The notes beneath the pieces are model-generated. The model saw only the letters and a program-made list of their open reading frames with translations. It ran no database searches and had not been told where the DNA came from. This document shows, piece by piece, positions 53,170 to 62,684 of a DNA stretch of 64,000 bases; position 1 is the first letter of the stretch, and the number at the start of each line of letters is the position of its first letter. This stretch comes from Candidatus Methanomethylicia archaeon. GTDB taxonomy: Archaea > Thermoproteota > Methanomethylicia > Culexarchaeales > Culexarchaeaceae. The position numbers and the translations under genes are program-made. The stretch spans positions 96,001 through 160,000 of the forward strand of contig JAVYVS010000003.1 in the NCBI GenBank assembly GCA_038727515.1, read 5' to 3'.

Positions 53170-53361
53170 TTAGGGACCTTCAAATCCACAATTAGGGCAA
53201 CGATATGTATTAGCTAGTTTTCTACATCGTTTATCTCTCCATAATGTGTAACCACAATTTGGACAAGGGAAACTGACACCTTTCTCAAGTGGTAATATAG
53301 GATATTTACATGAGACGCAAATAGGCAATTTTAGTTGCGTGTTTTCAGCCATAGTTTTCAC
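53170..53361 (-). CDS. Zn-ribbon RNA-binding protein (DUF1610/HVO_2753-like)
   Basis: CVSC, FPCPNCG, YRCPNCGFEGP; conserved position upstream of ef1b. Confidence 0.92.
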   Translation of the reverse strand: MKTMAENTQLKLPICVSCKYPILPLEKGVSFPCPNCGYTLWRDKRCRKLANTYRCPNCGFEGP

Positions 53362-53439
53362 TCTTCTCGTACCTTCCCTTTATATGTAACTTGCCAATAA
53401 AAATTTTACTATCAAAATTAGAAAGTAACATTTTATAAA

Positions 53440-53832
53440 ATGTTTTTATTTAAATGTAAAGAGATGTTGAGTATGATTGATGATATTAAACAAGTTATAG
53501 TCATTAGAAGCGATTTGAAAATAAGCATAGGCAAAATAGCTGTACAGGTGGCGCATGCTGCAGTAAGTGCATCAGAAAAAGCTAAAAAAGAAGAATACAA
53601 CTGGTGGGAAAAATGGATGAAAAGTGGTCAAAAGAAGATTGTATTGAAAGTTAGTAGCGAAGAAGAACTAGTGGAACTATACAATAAATCATTGTCAGCA
53701 AGGCTTCCAGTAGCATTAATTTATGATGCAGGATTAACAGAGCTCCCTCCAAATACGCTTACTTGTTTAGGCATAGGACCTGCACCTTCTAATTTAATAG
53801 ATAAAGTAACAGGCCATTTACCATTACTATAA
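53440..53832 (+). CDS. pth2: peptidyl-tRNA hydrolase Pth2
   Basis: GKIAVQVAHA, GQKKIVLK, DAGLTE, GIGP. Confidence 0.96.
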   Translation: MFLFKCKEMLSMIDDIKQVIVIRSDLKISIGKIAVQVAHAAVSASEKAKKEEYNWWEKWMKSGQKKIVLKVSSEEELVELYNKSLSARLPVALIYDAGLTELPPNTLTCLGIGPAPSNLIDKVTGHLPLL

Positions 53833-53849
53833 GGAGAAAGAGAAGTAAG

Positions 53850-55133
53850 ATGTTTTACGAGACAAAAAGTGGTAGAGAAAAGTTAATCGGGTTAAAGTAC
53901 TATTCTACCCCAAACGATATTAGTATTAGTGATTTTAATATTGAAAACATAGAGGATTTTATAGTTCAAGAAGTTTTAAGAGGATGGTTAACTCTACCCA
54001 TAAATGAAAAACATGGAGTATTTTTACCAGTTTCTTGCAGAGGTAATTATGTAAGAGCGATACTAGTTAAAAAAGGCATAGACACACTTACAGCAATTCA
54101 CACTATTTCGAAAATTGTTAATATTCCACTCGATGAAATACAATTCTTGGGATTAAAAGACGCAAAAGGAATTACTAGTCAGTTAATAAGCTTAAAATAT
54201 ACAAAAAAACTGGGAAAATTAAAAACTAGTAACATAAATATAGTATGTTCATATGAATCATGTGCACCAGTAAGTACACAAGAATTATGGGGAAATAAAT
54301 TTACGATAACCTTGAGGAAGAGAAAAAAAGAGGGAGAAAACGATGAGAATTTCTTAAAAAACATGATAAAACTTCAAAAACTAATTTCAACAAACGCATT
54401 AATTTCGTATTTTGGTTATCAAAGATTTGGAATACTTCCACCCTTAAACCACATTATTGGAAAATACATTCTAAAGAGAGAGTATCATGATGCTATAAAA
54501 ATAATTCTCTCAGATAAAAACATCAGTAATGTAAACAACGATTACAGGTTAATATATGAAAAAGAAATAATTGATTTGATGAATAAGTTTAAGAAGGACT
54601 ATCTATGTGTATTTAAAAATATTCCCAAAATAATAGTTAAGATCTTTTTACAGTCTTATCAATCGTTTTTATTTAATAAGATGATAAATAAAAGGATAGA
54701 ATTGGGATTACCATTGGACCAAGCAGTAATTGGAGATATAGTAGGATATAGTGAGGCAACGATTTATAGAGATGATGATATAATTGTTGTGACGAACAGT
54801 AATTTTGATAAGATTAATCGTCTTGTTAAACAAGGACAGTTATCTATTTTATATCCACTTCTAGGATATTTAACTGAAAAAAGAAAAATGCCCAGTGGAG
54901 AAGCATATGAGCCGATAGCGAAAGTTATAGAGGAGGAAGAAATATGCCCTGATGATTTTTTATTTAATGATATACCAGAGATCTCATTAGCAGGATACTA
55001 TAGGCCTTTAACGTTTAGAGTTTACAATTTCCTATGGCACTTAACAAAAAGTAGCGATATTAAATGTAGCTTTTTTCTAAAAAGAGGATTTTACGCAACC
55101 ATAGTCTTGAGAGAATTGATAAAACCAGCGTAA
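53850..55133 (+). CDS. truD: tRNA pseudouridine(13) synthase TruD
   Basis: EDFIVQE, GLKDA, GNKFTI, YFGYQRFG, YATIVLRE. Confidence 0.92.
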   Translation: MFYETKSGREKLIGLKYYSTPNDISISDFNIENIEDFIVQEVLRGWLTLPINEKHGVFLPVSCRGNYVRAILVKKGIDTLTAIHTISKIVNIPLDEIQFLGLKDAKGITSQLISLKYTKKLGKLKTSNINIVCSYESCAPVSTQELWGNKFTITLRKRKKEGENDENFLKNMIKLQKLISTNALISYFGYQRFGILPPLNHIIGKYILKREYHDAIKIILSDKNISNVNNDYRLIYEKEIIDLMNKFKKDYLCVFKNIPKIIVKIFLQSYQSFLFNKMINKRIELGLPLDQAVIGDIVGYSEATIYRDDDIIVVTNSNFDKINRLVKQGQLSILYPLLGYLTEKRKMPSGEAYEPIAKVIEEEEICPDDFLFNDIPEISLAGYYRPLTFRVYNFLWHLTKSSDIKCSFFLKRGFYATIVLRELIKPA

Positions 55134-55145
55134 ATTTGAGTATTT

Positions 55146-56474
55146 TCATGGAACTAGTCTATTTTTGTCACGTGGAAATAGAGTAACTTCACGTATATCG
55201 TTTACATTTGTTATGATCATTAAAAGTCTTTGTAAACCCATCCCCCATCCAGCATGAGGGGGCATTCCATAATCGTAATATGTTATAAATGGTTCAAATT
55301 TACTGGGATCTAAACCAAGTTTTGTCAATCTATCTATGAGCTGTTCTTTTAAGTGAATCCTTGATCCTCCACTTGCTATTTCCAACCAAGACCAGTTTAA
55401 ATCAAAAGATTCACTTAATTCAGGATTATCATTTTTCGGTTTTATATAAAACGGTTTCAAGGATAAAGGCCAATCAATTATAAAATATGGTTCTTTAATT
55501 TCTGTTCCAAGGATTTTATTTCCAGCTGTTGGAATGTCTTCGCCAAAATTTATTTTAAAGTTTTTGTTTTTTAGAATTTCTAAAGCATCATTATATGTTA
55601 TTCTTTTAAATGGTAGCTTTGGTTGTTTTAATTCTATATTCAATGCTTCTAATTCCCTTTTATTACATGTAATTATTTTATCAATGGCAAAGCATATCAG
55701 TTCTTCTAATATTTTCATGACATCTTCTCTATTTGCAAATGCCATTTCTATATCAACGGATATAAATTCATTTAAATGATAGGAGGTATCGGATTCTTCC
55801 GCTCTATAAAATTGTGATATTTCATATACTTTTTCAAATGCTGAAGTTAAAGCTTCTTTATATAATTGTGGGCTTTGAGCTAAAAAAGCCTTTTTACCAA
55901 AATAATCAACTGAGAAAAGTGCAGCTCCACCTTCAGTGGCAGTAGCTAATATTTTAGGAGTGAAAACTTCAATAAATCCATGATTTTTAAGATATTCTCT
56001 TATTGCATCGATTAAAGTATTTTTAATTTTAAAGATCGCTACCCTCTTGTGATTCCTTAGGTCTAATACCCTCATATTGAGCCTTTTTTCAAGACTCGTA
56101 AACACTCTTCCAGAAGTATCTATTGGTAATGGTTTTTTGGATATATTCAGTATTTTTATGTCTTCAGGTATTATTTCAACTCCATATTTTGCAATTTCAC
56201 TCTTCTTTATAATTCCTTTTACACCTATTACAGATTCTCTAGTTATCTTTTTTATTTCATTTATTCTCTCTTTGGAAAAATTACTTTTATTTAATGTTAT
56301 TTGGGCTTTACCTTCCCTATCTTTTAAAATAATAAATAAAATACTTCCAAGATCTCTTATTTCATCTACCCATCCAAATATTACAATAGGTTTCCCATCT
56401 CTATCCTTTGTGACATCATTTGTGTAATGTGTTTTCCTCCAATTCTCTAAATCATCTAACCTCATATCAATCAC
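55146..56474 (-). CDS. aspS: aspartate--tRNA ligase (archaeal type)
   Basis: LAQSPQLYK, YRAEES, EIASG..RIH, GMPPHAGWGMG. Confidence 0.96.
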   Translation of the reverse strand: MIDMRLDDLENWRKTHYTNDVTKDRDGKPIVIFGWVDEIRDLGSILFIILKDREGKAQITLNKSNFSKERINEIKKITRESVIGVKGIIKKSEIAKYGVEIIPEDIKILNISKKPLPIDTSGRVFTSLEKRLNMRVLDLRNHKRVAIFKIKNTLIDAIREYLKNHGFIEVFTPKILATATEGGAALFSVDYFGKKAFLAQSPQLYKEALTSAFEKVYEISQFYRAEESDTSYHLNEFISVDIEMAFANREDVMKILEELICFAIDKIITCNKRELEALNIELKQPKLPFKRITYNDALEILKNKNFKINFGEDIPTAGNKILGTEIKEPYFIIDWPLSLKPFYIKPKNDNPELSESFDLNWSWLEIASGGSRIHLKEQLIDRLTKLGLDPSKFEPFITYYDYGMPPHAGWGMGLQRLLMIITNVNDIREVTLFPRDKNRLVP

Positions 56475-56486
56475 ACATATGTATAA

Positions 56487-56990
56487 CTATTCCTGTACTA
56501 TACGAATAACTTCTTTTGTAAACTTTGATAATACTTTTTCTATGATTTCTTTATTCATTCCAAGTTTAATTAGTTCCGACTTAGGTATTTTAATATAATT
56601 TTCGCAAGTTCCATCTGGAAGCCAAAGGGTATTTACACTTTTAACCTTTATAGGTGAAAGTATCTGCTCTGCCAATTGACGTATACTAGCTGCTTTTTCT
56701 ATTACTTTAACGTTTTTATTAAGTTTATCCTTTATCTTTAGTGCAATTTTGTTCCAAGTTGATTTAGATAACCTACCACTACTTTTAACTAATATCATTA
56801 TAGTATCATCTACAGCCATAGCTTTATAAAAAGTAGCGTCTTTTAATTCTGGAAATTTACTTTCCAACTCTAGTAGTATTTTACTTATTTCGATGTCAAG
56901 TTCATCTATTTCTCCAGAATCTAATTTATTTTGACAACTTTTACATAAAATTCCACTTTTTATACAGATTAAACATAAGGGCAAATTCAA
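56487..56990 (-). CDS. NusA-like KH-domain protein with N-terminal Zn motif
   Basis: PLCLICIKSGILCKSC, WLPDG. Confidence 0.8.
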   Translation of the reverse strand: MNLPLCLICIKSGILCKSCQNKLDSGEIDELDIEISKILLELESKFPELKDATFYKAMAVDDTIMILVKSSGRLSKSTWNKIALKIKDKLNKNVKVIEKAASIRQLAEQILSPIKVKSVNTLWLPDGTCENYIKIPKSELIKLGMNKEIIEKVLSKFTKEVIRIVQE

Positions 56991-57093
56991 AAGCAGCTCC
57001 TCCGCGTAAACTAATCAACTAAGTTTAAATAGTTTTAAAATATATGTGTTTTCATCATTTGTTATATAATTGTGAAAATGAAAAGATTAAAAT

Positions 57094-57633
57094 ATGCAAA
57101 CTTTCATGTATTATCAAAAGGTGTTTGACTTTAATAAAATGGTGAAAAAAATGGCGAGCAAGAAACAAAATGAAATTTTCCTCACAGAAAAACAATTTAA
57201 AATGTTATCAAAACTATATGAAAATTCTAGAGAAATAAATGTGAGAAGCATATATAAATCCCAAAGTGAACTAGCTAATGAACTTGGAATAACAAGACAA
57301 GCTTTAAGCATCCATTTGAGAAAATTAAAGGAAAATGGTCTAATAAGAACTGGAAGAGGGTTCATAGATTTAACCGAAAAAGCACTAAAGATTCTTGAAG
57401 AAACTACTAGTGATTCATTCGTAATGATTAAAGTACAGCCGCAAAAAAGAAATCAAGTGTATGAACAGATGACTCGTATACCATATTTAAAAAGTGCATA
57501 TAGAGTGACTGGTGAAATAGATATTATAGCTGTCGTAAAACAATCAGTTCTTGATGACTTCCTTAAAGAAATATCAAAGATAGATGGTATAATACTTACT
57601 TCTACACATGTGGTGATAACAAAAATAAAGTAA
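57094..57633 (+). CDS. Lrp/AsnC family transcriptional regulator
   Basis: HTH SQSELANELGITRQALSIHL; RAM domain YRVTGEIDI; true start probably a downstream ATG. Confidence 0.88.
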   Translation: MQTFMYYQKVFDFNKMVKKMASKKQNEIFLTEKQFKMLSKLYENSREINVRSIYKSQSELANELGITRQALSIHLRKLKENGLIRTGRGFIDLTEKALKILEETTSDSFVMIKVQPQKRNQVYEQMTRIPYLKSAYRVTGEIDIIAVVKQSVLDDFLKEISKIDGIILTSTHVVITKIK

Positions 57634-57725
57634 TGGAATAAAAGTTACTACTTTTAAAACAGTATAAATGGAAAGAACAAAAATTTTATTTCAATGTAAC
57701 ATTTTAAAAAGTTGGGTGTTGCAAT

Positions 57726-57887
57726 ATGCCTTTACAGGACCAGGAGGCCTTAAAAATAGCACAACAAAAAAGACTCTTTTTCATGATATGTAGGGAGTGT
57801 GGTGCTAGAAACCCGCCTTATGCTACAAAATGTAGACGATGTAGAAGAAAGAATTTAAGATGGAAAAAACGTGAAAAGTCTAAATAA
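57726..57887 (+). CDS. rpl40e: 50S ribosomal protein L40e
   Basis: Manual translation MPLQDQEALKIAQQKRLFFMICRECGARNPPYATKCRRCRRKNLRWKKREKSK; not in ORF track. Confidence 0.96.
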   Translation: MPLQDQEALKIAQQKRLFFMICRECGARNPPYATKCRRCRRKNLRWKKREKSK

Positions 57888-57900
57888 GAATCCTATTTAT

Positions 57901-57974
57901 GGGCGGGTCGTCTAGTTGGTTAGGATGTCGCCCTCACACGGCGGTGGTCGTGGGTTCAAATCCCACCCCGCCCA
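57901..57974 (+). tRNA. tRNA-Val(CAC)
   Basis: GGGCGGG...TCGCC CT CAC AC GGCGG...GTTCAAATC...CCCGCCCA. Confidence 0.96.
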
Positions 57975-58026
57975 TATACCTCTTCTCCAAAGAAAAACTT
58001 GAAGCAAAAATAATTAGAGCTTATAT

Positions 58027-59286
58027 TTATAATGGTATTTCTTCCCCGACCTCTGGTATGATGACCTGTTCAGCTAATTTTTCCTCTTCAAGGATTTCTT
58101 TAAATTGTTCTAGTTTTTTCTTTTCACCATGTACTAATATTACCCTTTTTGCGTTAATTGATTTTATCACATTCACCAACTCTTTATTACCACAATGCGA
58201 TGAAAAATCAAAATATTTAACTTTTGCACTTATTTTCTCAACATTCTTACCAAAGTTATATTCACCGCTTTTAATTAACATAGCTCCAGGAGTATCTTCA
58301 ACCTGATATGACACAAGAAATATTGCGTTTCTCTCTTCTTTAGCTATCTTCTTTACATAAAATCGTACTATACCACCTTTAAGCATACCAGCAGGAGCTA
58401 TTATAACTCCAGATTCCTTACATATTTTCCGACGTTTAGACCAACTATCCACCCATGTGGCTTTTTTAAGCGCATCAGATAAAAGTTTATAATCTCTAAA
58501 GTATTGAGGATGATCAAGGAAGATGGTACTTGCAGTTTTAGCCATACCATCAATAAAAATTCTATCTCTAATTCCGTGATGATATAATACACAAAGTATT
58601 TCTTGGGATCTTCCAACAGAAAATGCAGGTATAACTACGGTTCCATTACTATTTATAACTTCATGAATGGAATTTATAAAGTTGGCTTCAACAATCGATC
58701 TTTCTTCATGATCAACCGTCGCATAGGTTCCTTCCATAATTATAACATCTATATCTGGAAAATTTATCTTCGCCCCATGTAACATCTTTGTATCAATAGT
58801 GTTAAAATCTCCAGTATAGAGAATCTTTTTACCATAAGCCCTTATTAAAAACATTACACTTCCGGGAACATGTCCAGCATTCAATACATATATGTTCAAA
58901 TCTTTTATTCTTAATTCATCTCCAATTTCTATGGGTTCAATGGATTTAAGCATATAGTTAAGTTCTAAAAATTCATAAGGCAAGTAGTATGAGGATATTT
59001 TTATTAAATCCTTTATAAGTAGGTTGGTTATCTCTCCAGTAAGCTTTGTGGTTAATAATTTTGGTTTTGAAGATGCATAAAATAGGGGAATGCCACCAGA
59101 ATGATCCAAATGCGCATGAGTTAATAATATTGCATTTAAATCCCTACTTGAAACAGGTAAAGGAAACTTTGGTTCATCTCTGTGAATCAAAACACCATAA
59201 TCTAACAATAGTTTAGAGTTATCGGTACTTAGTTTTATTGCGGATCTTCCTATTTCCATGGCTGCGCCAAGCACCTCTATTTTCAT
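58027..59286 (-). CDS. MBL-fold beta-CASP ribonuclease
   Basis: THAHLDHSG, AGHVPGS, YTGD, PAFSVGRSQE, FSSH, LVHGE. Confidence 0.93.
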   Translation of the reverse strand: MKIEVLGAAMEIGRSAIKLSTDNSKLLLDYGVLIHRDEPKFPLPVSSRDLNAILLTHAHLDHSGGIPLFYASSKPKLLTTKLTGEITNLLIKDLIKISSYYLPYEFLELNYMLKSIEPIEIGDELRIKDLNIYVLNAGHVPGSVMFLIRAYGKKILYTGDFNTIDTKMLHGAKINFPDIDVIIMEGTYATVDHEERSIVEANFINSIHEVINSNGTVVIPAFSVGRSQEILCVLYHHGIRDRIFIDGMAKTASTIFLDHPQYFRDYKLLSDALKKATWVDSWSKRRKICKESGVIIAPAGMLKGGIVRFYVKKIAKEERNAIFLVSYQVEDTPGAMLIKSGEYNFGKNVEKISAKVKYFDFSSHCGNKELVNVIKSINAKRVILVHGEKKKLEQFKEILEEEKLAEQVIIPEVGEEIPL

Positions 59287-59367
59287 GATTTACCAACCCA
59301 AGACTATTGTATGGGTACAATTATTAGGAAATCTCAAATATAATTTTTACTTTAGAGTAGTGAAAAG

Positions 59368-60963
59368 TTATTGTTTAATTTTTTCTAGAATAATTTTAAA
59401 TTGTGGAAATTTTTTAAATATTAAACTTATTTTGATACCTTTATATTTGAGTAACCTAATTAGTTTCTTTAGTGAAGATTTAGTCATATAATTGCTATTG
59501 AAAATTAGTATCACTTTGTTATAATTTCCTTTTTCGATAAGTATTTTTAAGGCATGGAGTATTACCTTTTCAGATTCTTTATCTACAATATCAGGTTTTT
59601 CATACTGCGAAAGAGGATAAACCTCAAGAAGTTCTATTGGTATTATACCAAAAGGAAATCCATAAATACATATGTGAATCTTATAGAATAGATCATTATA
59701 TAATAAAAGTTTGTCTAATAGATATTTTGCATATTTCCGATATTCCGTATTTTCTGGTATGAGTATAAGTATATTTTTTTCAGTAAAAGAAACATTTTCC
59801 TTTAATCTTAAAAGATGTCTTGTAATTTCAGGTCGTGCAAGGCAGTGAGAAGAATTACAAAAAATGCCCCTAACTACACTTTTTGTTAATGGATCATTTT
59901 TTTCAATAAACTTTTTATATTTTTTAAACTTGATCAATAAGTTAAATAGTTTAGGATGCGCTTTTGATCTTACTTCCATAAGCTCCCATAAGCGTCCTTC
60001 ATAGATCGCTTGTTTTATTGAATTTATTTCAGTTGTGATAACCCATAAGTTATGTTTTGCTAGTAGTACTTCACGATCCTTTTTATTAATTTCAATTAAA
60101 TCTTTAACATCATACTTCCTACAAACATCACATGAACAAGGCAAATACTTTAAGTTTGAGAACTTTACAGTACCATATGGGGTCATATATCTATCATCTT
60201 TTGCAAATAGAGCATAAGATGCTGAATCAAATGTATCGCATCCTAATGCCACTAAGAAGGAAAATAATATTGGATGTCCAGCTCCAAAAATGTGCAGTGG
60301 TTTATTTGCTGGCAAAGATAGTTTGATGGTCATAATAATATCAATTAACTTATCAAAATCATAACTTTTCATATATTGTGTTAATCCTCCGATAGCATAC
60401 ATTTGGAAAAAGGGCATTTCACTTATCTTTATTGCACATTTTTTAACTAATTCAAGATATTTCCCTCCCTGTATGGGGCCAACCCAAATGATGTCGTCCC
60501 TAGTTTTCTTATTTCCTAGCATCATAGCATTGTTTATAGTTGCAATCACAGATTTCTCAGCTTCAAGTCGTGTATAACTTTTTAACGTAGGTACATCAAG
60601 AATTACAGAGATATCACTATTTATTTTCTCCTGCAATTCTATTACTTCTTCAGGGGTAATAGATATTTTTCCATATTCCAGCATTTGGTAAGCACCAGAA
60701 TCAGTCATTATAACACCATCAAAGTTCAGTAAAGTATGAACATCATTAAAATGCAATTTACCTTTTTCTACAGCCTGTTTAATTAAATAAATATTTGTTA
60801 TTAATTGGTTAATTTTAAAATCCTTCTTCATATCATTAGGGCTGATGATATTTTTTACTGGATCTACTACGGGAAAAACTGTAGGTGTATGAACAATTCC
60901 ACTTTTAGTTTTTATTGTACCTATTCTACCAACTAAGTCCCTATCTATTATTTCGAAGGACAT
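59368..60963 (-). CDS. tgtA: archaeosine tRNA-guanine(15) transglycosylase
   Basis: MTDSGAYQ, PIQGG, HIFGAGHP, DTFDSASY. Confidence 0.95.
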   Translation of the reverse strand: MSFEIIDRDLVGRIGTIKTKSGIVHTPTVFPVVDPVKNIISPNDMKKDFKINQLITNIYLIKQAVEKGKLHFNDVHTLLNFDGVIMTDSGAYQMLEYGKISITPEEVIELQEKINSDISVILDVPTLKSYTRLEAEKSVIATINNAMMLGNKKTRDDIIWVGPIQGGKYLELVKKCAIKISEMPFFQMYAIGGLTQYMKSYDFDKLIDIIMTIKLSLPANKPLHIFGAGHPILFSFLVALGCDTFDSASYALFAKDDRYMTPYGTVKFSNLKYLPCSCDVCRKYDVKDLIEINKKDREVLLAKHNLWVITTEINSIKQAIYEGRLWELMEVRSKAHPKLFNLLIKFKKYKKFIEKNDPLTKSVVRGIFCNSSHCLARPEITRHLLRLKENVSFTEKNILILIPENTEYRKYAKYLLDKLLLYNDLFYKIHICIYGFPFGIIPIELLEVYPLSQYEKPDIVDKESEKVILHALKILIEKGNYNKVILIFNSNYMTKSSLKKLIRLLKYKGIKISLIFKKFPQFKIILEKIKQ

Positions 60964-61409
60964 TAAGTTTCACTTTGTTGCTTCTTCTCCTGCATAAACT
61001 GCTCATATATTTTCTTTACACGTTCTGCTATAGGACCACTGCCTTCAATCGTTCCATCCTCAGTTATTCGAACTTTATCCATAACTATTATGACACCAGC
61101 ATCTTCGATCATAACGACATTATTTGGAAAAACTTTCTCCAACCTTTGAGCAAATCCTTTTAAATCAAACGGTTCTTCTTCTCTAACTATTTCTGATATA
61201 ACCTCCCCCTTTATTAGTATCCTTGTATAGTGATTATTATCATCATCCTTTGCATTGGATAGAAACAAATTTAGTGTGTTTGGATCATATCCTATAAGCT
61301 TTCCTCTAAACTTCTTGTTGTAGATAGTTTTGACGCTTATTTCTTTGTCTAGTAATGATGCAAGTTCTTTCATATATCTTGCCATACTTGGAGTACTAAT
61401 ACTGCTCAT
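60963..61409 (-). CDS. Lsm/Sm-like protein with C-terminal domain (SmAP3 type)
   Basis: Sm fold GKLIGYD..LNL plus C-terminal DKVRITEDG..EGSGPIAERVKK. Confidence 0.88.
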   Translation of the reverse strand: MSSISTPSMARYMKELASLLDKEISVKTIYNKKFRGKLIGYDPNTLNLFLSNAKDDDNNHYTRILIKGEVISEIVREEEPFDLKGFAQRLEKVFPNNVVMIEDAGVIIVMDKVRITEDGTIEGSGPIAERVKKIYEQFMQEKKQQSET

Positions 61410-61621
61410 TATGATTCCTCCATAGATAATCGTTTTATAGGTGGTTTATTTATTTTATTTTCTAACATAAAAACATATACGTGTTTCAAAATACTTTCAT
61501 AAGAGGGTATTACAAACCAATTTGTTAAAATACATATATATTATGTTTAAAAGTAATATTAATATAGTTAAATGTATAATATTGTAGAAAAAAATTTATT
61601 AAATAATAAAAAAATATAATT

Positions 61622-62641
61622 TTGAAGAAAATGAATAATTCAGAATTATCATTAAAATGTAAAGAATGCGGAGGTAAATTAGTTGTTTCAGAATATGGGG
61701 AAGTCGTATGTTCCGAATGCGGATTAGTTCATGAAAAAGTGTACTTACAACCATTATTTGAAATAGAACCATTATCAGATTTTTCTGCTATAGAGAAACT
61801 CTATGTAAGTCCTGATGGAAAACCCTTAAGGGTGGAAGGATTAGGGTCTACGTTTATAAAAGTAAAAGGAAAATTTAGGGATGTTAGAGGAAAAGACATT
61901 GAAAATCCGCATTTTTTAAAACTTAAAAAAATAGATGCGATATACGTTAAAAGCAGATGTAAAGGTTTAGATGCTTCATTATCATTACGTAGAGTATGTT
62001 CAATATTAAATATACCTAAAAATGTTTATGAGAGAGCAAGCTATATTTATGGAAAAATATTAAACGTAAATAAATATTTCGGAACATCGTATCAGCTTAC
62101 AGCAGCAGCATTGCTAATCGCATCAAGGGAACTAAAACATCCATTAACATTACGAGATTTAATATCTATTTATCGTAAGTTAGGCCATAAAATATCGGCA
62201 AAATCCATAATGCGAATAGTATCGAGTATATCAACTGAATTATCTATAAAAAAGGTTTTAAGAACCCCTAAAGATTATCTCTTACACATAATTAATAAAT
62301 TGAAGGCTAATGATATAATAAATAGAAAAATAATTTATTTTACTGGTAAGAGTCCTGAGGAGTATTATACTGAGTTAATTAACTATTCTAGTAAGATTTA
62401 CGAATTAATTGACGAAAGATTTAGAATTGGGAAAAATCCATATCTTTTAGCTACCTCAATAGTATATGTTGCAGATAAAGTTCTTTGTAGAGAAAAGGGG
62501 TATTACCAACCAGTTTTATCTCAAAAATTGGTTGCAGAAACTGTTGGATCTACAGAATACACCATTAGACAACATTGTAAATACCTAGACAAAGTAGTAA
62601 ACAATACATTTAATGATAGAAGAAATGAAACAATAGCCTAG
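61622..62641 (+). CDS. divergent TFIIB/TFB paralog
   Basis: Zn ribbon CKECGG..GEVVCSECG, two cyclin folds, GKNP, C-terminal HTH SQKLVAETVGSTEYTIR. Confidence 0.85.
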   Translation: MKKMNNSELSLKCKECGGKLVVSEYGEVVCSECGLVHEKVYLQPLFEIEPLSDFSAIEKLYVSPDGKPLRVEGLGSTFIKVKGKFRDVRGKDIENPHFLKLKKIDAIYVKSRCKGLDASLSLRRVCSILNIPKNVYERASYIYGKILNVNKYFGTSYQLTAAALLIASRELKHPLTLRDLISIYRKLGHKISAKSIMRIVSSISTELSIKKVLRTPKDYLLHIINKLKANDIINRKIIYFTGKSPEEYYTELINYSSKIYELIDERFRIGKNPYLLATSIVYVADKVLCREKGYYQPVLSQKLVAETVGSTEYTIRQHCKYLDKVVNNTFNDRRNETIA

Positions 62642-62684
62642 TACTAGTATTAAAATATCAAATTCAAAATTTTTATAAAGGGAA

